Shown here: positions 47,515 to 57,020 of the stretch, piece by piece | How positions within the stretch are numbered: the first letter of the stretch is position 1 | How the letters are laid out: each line of letters starts with the position of its first letter | Origin: a virus | IMG/VR virus record: IMGVR_UViG_3300025881_001243 | Coordinates: 3,257 to 67,256 of that record | Strand: one strand, 5' to 3' | Length of the DNA stretch: 64,000 bases | Notes under the pieces: generated by a model | What the model was told of the DNA's origin: nothing | What the model saw: only the letters and a program-made list of their open reading frames with translations | Databases searched by the model: none | Made by a program: the position numbers and the translations under genes

Positions 47515-47535
47515 TTTTTATTAAATCAATCAACA

Positions 47536-48018
47536 ATGGCAAAAGTAAAAACAATTACAGTAAATGGTAAAGCTTCTGAGTATGATGTTACATATACTAA
47601 AGCGTATGTAGCAAAAATCATCTCAAATCAATCAGATTTATATTCAGAAGTCTCTTCAGGCAGTCTTCCATACAATGCAATAAAGGAAATTTACATAGAT
47701 GGTATTTTAGAAGCTGAATTAATAGGCTCTAAACTTTATGCAGTTTTACCAAACAAAAAACCTAAATACGACCCTTACATAGATCGCCAAGAACCTGTGC
47801 AAGAAGAGTTTGATGAATCACATGCATTAGACGAGGTTTTAAATGATATGATTGAATCTATGAACGAAGAAGAGTTAGAAGAATTTTACGGGGAAATTCA
47901 AGATATGCATATAAAAGATACCCCAACAAAAATTTATCTACAAAGTGTTACTGCACCGCCACCGTACTGGGTTACTGATACTACATTAGGTGATGTAAAG
48001 ATAAATTACTCTTCTTAA
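47536..48018 (+). CDS. acidic hypothetical protein
   Basis: ORF. Confidence 0.6.
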   Translation: MAKVKTITVNGKASEYDVTYTKAYVAKIISNQSDLYSEVSSGSLPYNAIKEIYIDGILEAELIGSKLYAVLPNKKPKYDPYIDRQEPVQEEFDESHALDEVLNDMIESMNEEELEEFYGEIQDMHIKDTPTKIYLQSVTAPPPYWVTDTTLGDVKINYSS

Positions 48019-48043
48019 AATATATACAATAAATTAAAATATT

Positions 48044-48490
48044 ATGATAAATGTTTATGCTTCTGATAATTGGTCAGATAAAATAACTTCATTACTTTCA
48101 TCAGATGATTATAAAGTATATGATAAAGATACTTACGATAAAGCGCTGGCTACTAATCAATGGGTTATTGCAGTAAAGAGTGGTGAAGAACGATTAGTTA
48201 TACAGACTACATTATTAAGGTTTTCAGAATTTGAAACCTTTTTTAATGGGTGTAATAATTTAAATGGTGTAACTGTAGGCAAAGGGTTAACGGTTGGCTG
48301 CTGCTCATTAATAAGACCAGGTACTGTAATAGGTGACCAAGTTTATGTTGGGGCCGGTTCAATTATAGATTTAAATTGCAATATTGGAGATGGTGTAACT
48401 ATTGGAGATAATGTAACTGTAAATGAAGGAGTTAGTATTCCTAACAATACCACTATTCCGTCAGGATCTGTCGTATCAATAGAAGAGTAA
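48044..48490 (+). CDS. hexapeptide-repeat protein
   Basis: IG/VG repeats in the C-terminal half. Confidence 0.7.
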   Translation: MINVYASDNWSDKITSLLSSDDYKVYDKDTYDKALATNQWVIAVKSGEERLVIQTTLLRFSEFETFFNGCNNLNGVTVGKGLTVGCCSLIRPGTVIGDQVYVGAGSIIDLNCNIGDGVTIGDNVTVNEGVSIPNNTTIPSGSVVSIEE

Positions 48491-48517
48491 ATAACTTTAA
48501 ATAGTAAATATTACATT

Positions 48518-48550
48518 AAGGACTGGTTTATGCCAGTCTTTTTTGTTTTT
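48518..48550 (+). terminator. Rho-independent terminator
   Basis: aaggactgg ... ccagtcttt followed by a T run. Confidence 0.75.
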
Positions 48551-48621
48551 GTAAAGATTTAAGAAATTTCTCTCAAAAAATCCTGATCTTTAAAATAAAT
48601 ACTAAAAATAGTTCTAACTTT

Positions 48622-49830
48622 ATGAAACACTTAATTAGCATTTTAATTGGATTAGTTATATTAACATCAACTAATGCGAGTGCTCAAAATGATTCTTTCT
48701 TTTCAAATTTATACCAAGACTTTTTAAAGTATGGTACTATCTATGGAGGAGGGGATATAAACAATTCTATTGAGGCAGCTGAGCCTACATATTTTTTACG
48801 AACTAATCCAGACGGTAGTATATACTCAATTCCTGATGTTGTTGATAATACTCCAATTTATCCATTTGATTATAGATACGGTTTTGGTATTAGAAAGTTA
48901 GCAAGATTTAATTATGACAGAAAGCCAAAAAATTATTATGACGGTACCGAAAATCAATTAACATTTGGTGCACCTTCATCTGCTATACCTGGTTTGGAAT
49001 ATCAATTTCATTTTGAAAAGGAAAGATGGCGAGGTGAAGATTTTACTAACTATAGATTCTTTATAAAGCATACCGGTAAATATCATATTGCAAAAGTTCA
49101 AGCTAGAGAAGTTGGTAAAATTAATCTTAATTATAATTCAGCTGAACTTAGAGGAAGATTACCAATAGGCAAAAAGTTTAGTATATCTGCTGGGGCTATA
49201 TTAAGAGGTCATGAAAGAGCTTATGGTTATAACCCTGTGGAAATTTGGCTAAACGAAACTAACGATAGTGGTCAAGCTATAAATCAATGGTATCAATTAG
49301 GATATGAATATGGTTACCAAGATGTTTTTTATACACAAACCAGTACAGATCCAAATACAGGTCAACCGGTAACCACACAAGATTGGTGTTGGGTAGATGC
49401 TGATGGTAATGAAGTAGCTCACTCAGATTTAGATTTTAGAGAAACGATAATGCCTGGTTTAATGAATCGTTTCAATGGTGAAGCCTGGGACTTATTAGAT
49501 CCATGGATGGAGGTAGCCCCTATAGTAGGCATTGATTTTTATCATTATGAAAATAGATTCTGGGTACATGCTTACGCTAATTATATTTTACCACTTCATA
49601 CATACATTGCTGGAGAAGAAGAATTTAGTTATCTTAACCGAAACAATTGGGGTCTAGGTGGATTAAGAGAAGATTCTGAACCGGAACAATGGTCTGATTA
49701 TTCCTTTGGAACTTCATTAGGTTTTAAAGTAAATAAAAATCTTGGAGTATTTATTGAAGGTGAATATTCTAAAATGTGGGATAGCAAACTATACCAAACT
49801 ATGTTTGGATTAAATTATACTTTTAAATAA
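48622..49830 (+). CDS. secreted outer-membrane beta-barrel-like protein
   Basis: Signal peptide ASA-Q; alternating aromatic strands; C-terminal FGLNYTFK. Confidence 0.7.
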   Translation: MKHLISILIGLVILTSTNASAQNDSFFSNLYQDFLKYGTIYGGGDINNSIEAAEPTYFLRTNPDGSIYSIPDVVDNTPIYPFDYRYGFGIRKLARFNYDRKPKNYYDGTENQLTFGAPSSAIPGLEYQFHFEKERWRGEDFTNYRFFIKHTGKYHIAKVQAREVGKINLNYNSAELRGRLPIGKKFSISAGAILRGHERAYGYNPVEIWLNETNDSGQAINQWYQLGYEYGYQDVFYTQTSTDPNTGQPVTTQDWCWVDADGNEVAHSDLDFRETIMPGLMNRFNGEAWDLLDPWMEVAPIVGIDFYHYENRFWVHAYANYILPLHTYIAGEEEFSYLNRNNWGLGGLREDSEPEQWSDYSFGTSLGFKVNKNLGVFIEGEYSKMWDSKLYQTMFGLNYTFK

Positions 49831-49842
49831 GAATAGATTAAA

Positions 49843-50127
49843 ATGGCAAAAGAGTTAAATGAAGATATTGGATTTAAGGTTAGTATTAAAACTTTATTAG
49901 CAATAGGTGCAGCAATGGCAACAGTAATCAGTATGTGGTTTGTATTACAAGCTGATATAGATGATGCAAAGAAATTACCTAAACCTGTAATTGAAAGAAT
50001 GGAATTTGATATGAAGGATGAATTAATCAGACAAACTATTATGGATACGCAAGAAGATGTTGAGGAAATGAAAGAGCAACTGAAGAAGATTGATGAACGC
50101 CTTTATGAATTACAACAAAGAAGATAA
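49843..50127 (+). CDS. single-TM coiled-coil protein
   Basis: N-terminal TM followed by a coiled coil. Confidence 0.65.
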   Translation: MAKELNEDIGFKVSIKTLLAIGAAMATVISMWFVLQADIDDAKKLPKPVIERMEFDMKDELIRQTIMDTQEDVEEMKEQLKKIDERLYELQQRR

Positions 50128-50128
50128 T

Positions 50129-50566
50129 ATGAAAAAGATTTTAGTAATAATATTTTTACTAGCAAACATATTTGCATCTGCACAGAACCAAAGACATTTT
50201 TTAAATTGGGTATCTGATAAAACTTTTGATGAAAAAGTTACAGGATATGGTGCTTATGAAGATCACGATGATCATGATGTAATAGTTGTAGAATTTTACG
50301 CAGAGTTTAATAAAGATAATGCATTTAAAGATTGGGCAAAGGTTGATAAATTGGATGGGGTTAAATACTATAGATGTGATATTTCTAATTCACCCCAATT
50401 AAAAAAGGATCTTAAAATTAGAATGGCACCTACTATCTTACTTTATATTAGAGGAGATGCATATATTAAATTTACAGCTAAGGCTGGTTTGGATCTTAAA
50501 TGCCCAGTTGATTATGATAAGTTAGTTAGAGCAATAGAAGTAGTAAAAATAGAATCTCAATATTAA
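50129..50566 (+). CDS. secreted thioredoxin-fold protein lacking CxxC
   Basis: Signal peptide; VVEFYAEFN; IRMAPTILL. Confidence 0.6.
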   Translation: MKKILVIIFLLANIFASAQNQRHFLNWVSDKTFDEKVTGYGAYEDHDDHDVIVVEFYAEFNKDNAFKDWAKVDKLDGVKYYRCDISNSPQLKKDLKIRMAPTILLYIRGDAYIKFTAKAGLDLKCPVDYDKLVRAIEVVKIESQY

Positions 50567-50757
50567 TTCTGAAACAAATTTATTAAATGCTATATAATTA
50601 AATATAATTTAAAGAAACTAAAGAAAACTGTAAACGTGTCTGTTTACGGCTACTCATTTGAAAATTTATGGAAATTTAAGTACTAGATTCATTTCTCAAA
50701 ATATTCAAGTGTTTTATAATAAGTGAAAACAATTAATAACAAAAACAAATTTTAAAA

Positions 50758-51186
50758 ATGAAAAATTTAATTTTAACTTTCGCTCTAACAATCCTAGTAG
50801 GTTTTGGAGCAAACGCACAAAATGCAAAAGGTGATTGGTACGTAGGTACTGGTGACGTTGCAAATGTCGCATGGACAGAATGGGCAATGGCCCCAACATT
50901 AGGTTACGGAGTATCCGATAAACTTATGTTAGGTTTAGGAATTGCACAAGCTGATTCAACTGAGGATCTTGCATTGGATATTCATGCAAGATATTTTATG
51001 AATGCAGGTGGACAGGATTTTTTCCTATACGCTGCTATGAGTGAATTTGAAACTGATAATCTTGAATTAGGTTTAGGTAAAATGTTCACATTCCACAAAG
51101 ATGCTATTTTTGTTGATCCTAAAGTGGTTTACCATACTGGAAATAAAACAACAAATTTAACATTAGGATTTGGATTAAGATTCTAA
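50758..51186 (+). CDS. small outer-membrane beta-barrel protein
   Basis: Signal peptide ANA-Q; C-terminal LGFGLRF beta-signal. Confidence 0.75.
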   Translation: MKNLILTFALTILVGFGANAQNAKGDWYVGTGDVANVAWTEWAMAPTLGYGVSDKLMLGLGIAQADSTEDLALDIHARYFMNAGGQDFFLYAAMSEFETDNLELGLGKMFTFHKDAIFVDPKVVYHTGNKTTNLTLGFGLRF

Positions 51187-51203
51187 AACTAATTTTTATA
51201 AAT

Positions 51204-51237
51204 AAAAACCCAGGATTCTAGGACCCTGGGTTTTTTT
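51204..51237 (+). terminator. Rho-independent terminator
   Basis: aaaaacccagg ... cctgggttttttt. Confidence 0.8.
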
Positions 51238-51277
51238 GTGCCTAAACCTTATCTCTTTTTTCCATATAATAAATATA

Positions 51278-52231
51278 ATGGATATCGGTCAATACATAAA
51301 TAAAGATCCTAAAAAGTATTTCATTACTTTTGGAAATGGCTTATTTAAGAATAGGTCAAAAACTCTATTTGATGAAGCCACTTCCACTGGGTGGTTTGAT
51401 GGGGTTATTATAGAATCTCCAGATACTATTCAGCATTTTATGAATTTACATACCAATCAATTTTCTAAAGGAAGAGGTTTTGGTTATTGGATATGGAAGC
51501 CTTATATCATACTAAGGCAATTAATGCAAATGAATGATGGTGATTATCTTTTTTACATAGATGCAGGTTCTAGAATACTCTCACATAAAAAAGAAAGGTT
51601 TAATGATTACGTTGGGTTACTAGATACTCAGCCAGTTTGGGCGAGCGGTACAACTTCATATAAGGTTAATCAATTTACAAAAAAATCTTTATTAAGAAGA
51701 CTGGGTATGCTAGGCTATTCAGATTTATGCAATTGTTTACAAGTAGAGAGTGGGTTTATTGCAATTAAGAAAACTAAAGAAGGTATAACCTTTATACAAG
51801 AATGGCTTAATCTGTGCCTAGAAGATAATTACAAATATATCACAGATGAATTATTTGAAGAACAGGATTCTTGTTTTATAGAACATAGACATGACCAGTC
51901 TATTCTTGATTGTCTTATTAAGATTAATGGATTTAGGTGGTTAAATTCTGATTGTTATGGAGAAGGTCCATTCTTTCATAGTAGAATGACAGATAAAGGT
52001 CCTAGAGAATTTGCACCTGATTGGTGGCGAGGAGAACCTGACTATGATCCTAGCGTTCATTTGCTTTTACCTGATTATAGAAAAAGTAAAAAGAATCCTA
52101 ATTGGTGGAAATTACAAAATGATGAAGAATCTAATATAGCAAAATCAGAGGAAGAATATCTAAACCTTAAATGGGAGTATTGGGCAAATGGTCATATAGC
52201 AGCTGGAGATAATGTAGATTGGTTAAAATAA
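51278..52231 (+). CDS. glycosyltransferase-like protein
   Basis: RGFGYWIWKPYII, YIDAG, EHRHDQSI motifs. Confidence 0.7.
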   Translation: MDIGQYINKDPKKYFITFGNGLFKNRSKTLFDEATSTGWFDGVIIESPDTIQHFMNLHTNQFSKGRGFGYWIWKPYIILRQLMQMNDGDYLFYIDAGSRILSHKKERFNDYVGLLDTQPVWASGTTSYKVNQFTKKSLLRRLGMLGYSDLCNCLQVESGFIAIKKTKEGITFIQEWLNLCLEDNYKYITDELFEEQDSCFIEHRHDQSILDCLIKINGFRWLNSDCYGEGPFFHSRMTDKGPREFAPDWWRGEPDYDPSVHLLLPDYRKSKKNPNWWKLQNDEESNIAKSEEEYLNLKWEYWANGHIAAGDNVDWLK

Positions 52232-52271
52232 ACAAATCATTTTTTTACAATATAATAATAAACAAACAAAT

Positions 52272-52616
52272 ATGGAAACACTTTATTTTACCTTAGGTAT
52301 ATTAACGGTCTTAGTTATATTAGGATTCATTGGTATTGTTAATGTTTGGGGCAAAGTTTCAGACTTAAAAATAGTTGAAAGAGATCTTACTGATCATATT
52401 AATGAAATTGCAGATGATCTTAATGAAGAATTACAAACACTTGCTACACAAGTACATGATGAAACTGAAAGCCTTGATATTGAGATTAGAGGAGAAGTTA
52501 AAGAATTCAGTAAATATATTGATTCTCGTCTAGATAAATTTGAAGTTAAATTAAATACTCGTTTATCAAAAATAGAAGCGGCTGTTAGTTCTGTCATCGT
52601 TAATACCAACAAATAA
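52272..52616 (+). CDS. single-TM coiled-coil protein
   Basis: N-terminal TM; IDSRLDK motif. Confidence 0.65.
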   Translation: METLYFTLGILTVLVILGFIGIVNVWGKVSDLKIVERDLTDHINEIADDLNEELQTLATQVHDETESLDIEIRGEVKEFSKYIDSRLDKFEVKLNTRLSKIEAAVSSVIVNTNK

Positions 52617-52623
52617 TTTTAAT

Positions 52624-52696
52624 TGTGCCTTGGTGTAACTGGCAACACGTCTGGTTTTGGTCCAGAAGAGTGGAGGTTCGAGCCCTTCAGGCACAA
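52624..52696 (+). tRNA. tRNA-Gln(UUG)
   Basis: tgtgcct/aggcaca acceptor, tctgg-ttTTGgt-ccaga anticodon arm, GGTTCGAGCCC. Confidence 0.93.
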
Positions 52697-52724
52697 CATT
52701 ATTAAGCTACTAAATATATACTAT

Positions 52725-52925
52725 ATGATTATAATTAAAAACAGTGGTAAAGACTCTATTGATAAAATGCTTAAGAAGTATAAACAGAAACAAAAGAGAA
52801 CTAAGCAAATTAGAAGTATTAGAGAAAGGAAGGAATATACGAAACCGTCCGTTAAGAAAAGAGAGCAAAAACTTAAAGCAATCTACATCCAAAAACTTAG
52901 AGACCAAGAGCAAAAAAGGTCTTAA
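52725..52925 (+). CDS. rpsU: ribosomal protein bS21
   Basis: MIIIK...SIDKMLKKYK.K...R.RKEYTKPSVKKR...KAIY; true start at 52725 (the track start lies inside the tRNA). Confidence 0.88.
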   Translation: MIIIKNSGKDSIDKMLKKYKQKQKRTKQIRSIRERKEYTKPSVKKREQKLKAIYIQKLRDQEQKRS

Positions 52926-52978
52926 TTATCTTTCACTTTACATGTACCTTTGTTATATTTAAATTAAATAAATTAATT

Positions 52979-53482
52979 ATGAAATTAGACATAAGTGAAT
53001 TTGATATGGATGGTACACAAAATACTGTTATCTTTGACCTCGATGGTACCCTTGCTGATATTGAAGAACGAAGAAAGTTTTCATCTACTATAGAAGGTAA
53101 GATGAATTGGGATGAATTCTTCAATCCTAAAAACATTGCAATGGATAAACCTAACCATTCGGTTATTATGATAGCAAAAATTCTTAAAGATGCTGGTCAT
53201 ACTATTGTAATATTATCAGGTCGAAGTAAAGCAACCAAAGATGCTACACGAGAATGGTTAAATGAAAATAATGTACCTTTTGATGTATTGAAAATGAGAC
53301 CTACCAGTCATCCATTTAAGTGGATGCCAGACGATAAGTTAAAGAAGCACTGGTTAGATACATTATTTGAAGGTGATAAGAAAAATGATATTCTTTGTGT
53401 ATTTGATGATAGAGATAAGGTAGTTAAGATGTGGCGAGAAAATGGGCTTGATTGTTTTCAGGTTGCTGAAGGTAATTTTTAA
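52979..53482 (+). CDS. HAD phosphatase (T4 PNK 3'-phosphatase-like)
   Basis: IFDLDGTLA, LSGR, LKMRP, VFDDR..VV.MWR..G..CFQV motifs. Confidence 0.85.
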   Translation: MKLDISEFDMDGTQNTVIFDLDGTLADIEERRKFSSTIEGKMNWDEFFNPKNIAMDKPNHSVIMIAKILKDAGHTIVILSGRSKATKDATREWLNENNVPFDVLKMRPTSHPFKWMPDDKLKKHWLDTLFEGDKKNDILCVFDDRDKVVKMWRENGLDCFQVAEGNF

Positions 53483-53492
53483 AAAAACAAAT

Positions 53493-53708
53493 ATGAATAA
53501 AAAACTATATAGAGGAAACGGTTATATTGGAGGCGTATGCGAAGGGCTAGGTAATTGGTCAGGTATACCATCCATTTTATTTAGAATCGGTTTTTTATTT
53601 GTACTACCAGCGGCATTTTGGGTATATCTTATATCGTGGATATTTTTATCTAAACCAGTAACATGCTCGGAAGATTTAGATTACGAATGGCATAATGAAT
53701 CTAGTTAA
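53493..53708 (+). CDS. PspC-domain membrane protein
   Basis: KKLYR...IGGVCEGLG...R...YL..WI motif. Confidence 0.8.
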   Translation: MNKKLYRGNGYIGGVCEGLGNWSGIPSILFRIGFLFVLPAAFWVYLISWIFLSKPVTCSEDLDYEWHNESS

Positions 53709-53709
53709 T

Positions 53710-53802
53710 ATGAAAAGATTTTTAACTAAATTAGAATCAATAGATATTTTTCTAATTATAGCATTAGGGTATTTTGCTCTGATGCTGTTTTGTTTAACTT
53801 AA
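53710..53802 (+). CDS. micro membrane peptide (30 aa)
   Basis: MKRFLTKLESIDIFLIIALGYFALMLFCLT. Confidence 0.4.
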   Translation: MKRFLTKLESIDIFLIIALGYFALMLFCLT

Positions 53803-53811
53803 AAAAAATAT

Positions 53812-54384
53812 ATGATATTTAAATATGATAAAGATAAATTAATGTATAGTCAAGTATGTATTAAAACTTGGTTATTATATTCTTTAGGAATTTTAACAAT
53901 AGTTCTAATAGTTGGTTTTTCATTTGGGAGAACCACTGCAAAGGAGGTTATCATTGAAAATTTACAAGAAGGGGAAACTCAAATTTTTATTACCGAGGTT
54001 GATACCTTTTCACATGATAGATTAGTGTCTATGTTAACGGATCTTAATGTTGACTACCCACATATAGTTATGGCACAATCCATTTTAGAAACTGGTCATT
54101 GGAAAAGTGATATCTTTTTGGAGAACCATAACCTTTTTGGTATGAAGCAAGCAAGGCGTAGAATTACCACAGCAGAAGGTACCTCAAGAAATCATGCTTA
54201 CTATAATCATTGGAGAGAATCAGTATACGACTACGCTTTTTATCAATGTAGGTATTTAAGCAAATTAGATTCAGAGGAAGAATACTTTGAATACTTAGGT
54301 GCAAGTTATGCTGAAGCAAAAAACTATGTTAATATGCTGAAGCAAGTAATTAAGAAAAATAACCTAGAGGAATTGTTTAAATAA
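53812..54384 (+). CDS. membrane-anchored glucosaminidase (GH73-like peptidoglycan hydrolase)
   Basis: AQSILETG, NLFGMK, YA...Y motifs; N-terminal TM. Confidence 0.8.
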   Translation: MIFKYDKDKLMYSQVCIKTWLLYSLGILTIVLIVGFSFGRTTAKEVIIENLQEGETQIFITEVDTFSHDRLVSMLTDLNVDYPHIVMAQSILETGHWKSDIFLENHNLFGMKQARRRITTAEGTSRNHAYYNHWRESVYDYAFYQCRYLSKLDSEEEYFEYLGASYAEAKNYVNMLKQVIKKNNLEELFK

Positions 54385-54463
54385 TATCTTAAAGTTGTAA
54401 GGTTCTTGAGAGTTGAACCTAAACTAAAAATTAAGCTCTCTATATAATTAAATAAAAATAAAG

Positions 54464-54991
54464 ATGAAGAAGATTTTAATGATGGTAATGGTTTCGCTTG
54501 GCCTACAATTACAAGCACAAACATTGTGTGACTCAAATATGACTTACACGATAGGCTCACAATATCAACTCGAGATTGCATTTCCAATAACTGGAAATAG
54601 CTTACCAGTTATGGCTCCTTTATATGCTATAACTTATGGTGGTCAAACAACATTAGGTGAAGATAGTTGTTTTAGCCAACCATGTAATCATATAGTGTAC
54701 AATTACAATCCAACTACTGGAATGCCTTATGATACAATAACAACTTGTTTGTCTTATACTTTAACAGATACATTAGGTTATGTTGATACATTGAATTGTT
54801 GTTTTAATCAAGTATGGGATGGTCAGGCTTGGATGAGAATGTCTATGGGCGGTACTGTTGGTATAGAAGAATTAACTCCTACTATGATTGGTGATAATAA
54901 AATCTATGATGTATATGGAAGAGAATTACTTACTGCGCCTATTGGTCAGATGTATATTCAGAATAGAAAGAAGTATATCAAACTAAGATAA
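54464..54991 (+). CDS. secreted protein with Bacteroidota-type C-terminal sorting-like domain
   Basis: Signal peptide; VGIEE...IYDVYGRE...YI...KK C-terminus. Confidence 0.65.
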   Translation: MKKILMMVMVSLGLQLQAQTLCDSNMTYTIGSQYQLEIAFPITGNSLPVMAPLYAITYGGQTTLGEDSCFSQPCNHIVYNYNPTTGMPYDTITTCLSYTLTDTLGYVDTLNCCFNQVWDGQAWMRMSMGGTVGIEELTPTMIGDNKIYDVYGRELLTAPIGQMYIQNRKKYIKLR

Positions 54992-55005
54992 TAAAAAGCT
55001 ATAAG

Positions 55006-55040
55006 ACTAAAAGGCCACTCATAGAGTGGTCTTTTTTAGT
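55006..55040. terminator. bidirectional terminator between convergent genes
   Basis: aaaaggccactc-ata-gagtggtctttttt. Confidence 0.8.
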
Positions 55041-55044
55041 TAAA

Positions 55045-55422
55045 TTATATTCCTAGGTCCTTATGAAGAACTTTCATAAAACCATCAAAAGTATGTTTCC
55101 CATAATCTTCTCTTAAGATTTTTCCAATTGCTAAAGCAAAATCTGTATAAGACATTGAATCATCTATCTTAATCATTGCTTTATCCATTGCTTTTGCTAA
55201 TGCATCTGATTTTTTAGATTCGTCTATATTTGAAGTTTTCCAATGTTCACTATCACCAGCACCACGAGCAGGGTGAACTCCGCCAAAGTCCTGGTATGCA
55301 GGAGTACCTGTTGCATTAGTATCTTGCCCGGCCATTTCATCCCAATAATTTTTAAAATCTTGTACTGTTCCTTTATAATGGCGGATCTTACTTAAATCCT
55401 TTCGTTCTTGATTGTTTTCCAT
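55045..55422 (-). CDS. hypothetical protein (putative virion-associated)
   Basis: Minus-strand operon; NIDES site. Confidence 0.6.
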   Translation of the reverse strand: MENNQERKDLSKIRHYKGTVQDFKNYWDEMAGQDTNATGTPAYQDFGGVHPARGAGDSEHWKTSNIDESKKSDALAKAMDKAMIKIDDSMSYTDFALAIGKILREDYGKHTFDGFMKVLHKDLGI

Positions 55423-55667
55423 TATTTACCGAATTTTGTTTTGAGCTTATGAATTTCGGTCTGTACCTTTAATCCTTCAAGATCAATTTTATCCATTTTT
55501 ATTTTTAATTCGTATAAAGCAATTGCATAATTATCGCCTCTATCTTGAGCTGCTCTATATCTTTGGATATTTTCTTTTTCCCTAGCTTTTAATCTAGCAG
55601 CAGCCTCATTAGGTTTAAATTCATAATCAGATGCTTCATTTAAATAGTTGTTAAATTTAGGTATCAT
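55422..55667 (-). CDS. putative internal head protein (CTS-like)
   Basis: MIPKFNNYLNEA start. Confidence 0.6.
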   Translation of the reverse strand: MIPKFNNYLNEASDYEFKPNEAAARLKAREKENIQRYRAAQDRGDNYAIALYELKIKMDKIDLEGLKVQTEIHKLKTKFGK

Positions 55668-56170
55668 TATACTTTATAATTTTTAAGGAGATCTTTCAAT
55701 TCTACAATATCAGCAGGATTTAATTGAACATAATTTCTTCCTATGTTTATTTGCATACATTTTCTTCCTAAGCCAAAATCTTCAATATCCTTGGGTCCAA
55801 CAAATGTAGTTATTTGCGCATTATCAGAACCTTTAATTCCAGCTTGGTTCCATGAACTAATATCAGTCCCTTCATTAAGAGTAGATTCGCCCATAGCAGA
55901 ATAACTTTCACACGCTTCATCTATCTTATCGTTGATATGTTTTTTTGCTTCTTTAATATATGATTCTGCTGTATGTTCAGCATTATCATTAGATTCATAG
56001 CTATTTGCCTGTTCTGCTACATGATTACCTAGTGTTTGTACTGGGCCTACTATAGCGTTCATATCATATCCTGTTTCTGCTCGATTAGTTCCTCCTAAGG
56101 AAAAAGATGCAGAATCACTAGGTGCAAAACCTACAGGAATAAAATCTTCAAATAAAGGTACCTTTTTCAT
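55667..56170 (-). CDS. putative internal head protein (CTS-like)
   Basis: MKKVPLFEDF start; ESTLNEG; GAATATATAA upstream on the minus strand. Confidence 0.6.
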   Translation of the reverse strand: MKKVPLFEDFIPVGFAPSDSASFSLGGTNRAETGYDMNAIVGPVQTLGNHVAEQANSYESNDNAEHTAESYIKEAKKHINDKIDEACESYSAMGESTLNEGTDISSWNQAGIKGSDNAQITTFVGPKDIEDFGLGRKCMQINIGRNYVQLNPADIVELKDLLKNYKV

Positions 56171-56241
56171 AATATTGTTATTTTGATTATATATTCATAA
56201 AACTAACTCGCGTTTTTACATATAAAAATAAACAACTTATT

Positions 56242-56427
56242 ATGTCAGAATTTTTAAGAACCACCATGGGTCGTAAATTATTAGAAAAGGATATACCAAA
56301 ATTATCATCTGCGTTGGAAAGAATTGCAGATCAGATGGAAATTAAGAACAAGCTCGAGGAAAAGAAGTTTAGGTTAGACGAAAAAATCAAAAAACTTCAA
56401 ATTAAAGATATCAATGAAAAAGGATAA
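56242..56427 (+). CDS. hypothetical protein
   Basis: F..T.MGRK..E.DIP motif. Confidence 0.6.
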   Translation: MSEFLRTTMGRKLLEKDIPKLSSALERIADQMEIKNKLEEKKFRLDEKIKKLQIKDINEKG

Positions 56428-56683
56428 AGACATTACTTATGAGCAGTTTATAGCTCACATGAATAAAGGTAATAAAGTCTATATGAAAAAACCTAGATCA
56501 TGGCAAAAGGTATGGTTTTGGTGGGAAAGCAAAAAAGAGAAGTGGTTTTTAAATAAAGCTTTTGATAAAAGAGAAGATGGTATTGTAAAACCAGAACCTT
56601 CAGTATGGATAACGGCAAAACAAATGGAATCCCACATGGATCACATGGTTAGAATGGGATATAAATATTATATAAATGAATAA
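56414..56683 (+). CDS. hypothetical protein
   Basis: ORF in operon. Confidence 0.6.
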   Translation: MKKDKDITYEQFIAHMNKGNKVYMKKPRSWQKVWFWWESKKEKWFLNKAFDKREDGIVKPEPSVWITAKQMESHMDHMVRMGYKYYINE

Positions 56684-57020
56684 GTTAATTTTAGCATTTT
56701 TGCTATTCTTTACCGGTCAAGCAGCAATATGGTTTCAAACAAATGGTCAATTTGTATGGCCTTGGTTTAAAAAGAATCCATTAACAGTTTCAGTTTTATT
56801 TGGAACTGCAATTAGTTACATATTAATTTATGGTACCAGGTTTATGGTAGAATACTATGATGGTTTATTATGGCCAGGTAGATTTATAGCCTTTGGGTCT
56901 GGAATTATTTCATTTACATTTTTAACTTGGTACTTTCTTGGTGAAGGGATTACCACAAAAACAATAGTGTCACTGTGTTTAGCATGTAGCTTAATAGGAA
57001 TACAGTTATTTTGGAAATGA
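56676..57020 (+). CDS. four-TM membrane protein (SMR/DMT-like size)
   Basis: Four hydrophobic segments; L.E.IT.K motif. Confidence 0.55.
   Translation: MNKLILAFLLFFTGQAAIWFQTNGQFVWPWFKKNPLTVSVLFGTAISYILIYGTRFMVEYYDGLLWPGRFIAFGSGIISFTFLTWYFLGEGITTKTIVSLCLACSLIGIQLFWK

Noticed and set aside
52623-52724. N-terminal extension of the bS21 ORF in the track
   Set aside because: It overlaps tRNA-Gln; bS21 similarity starts at ATG 52725
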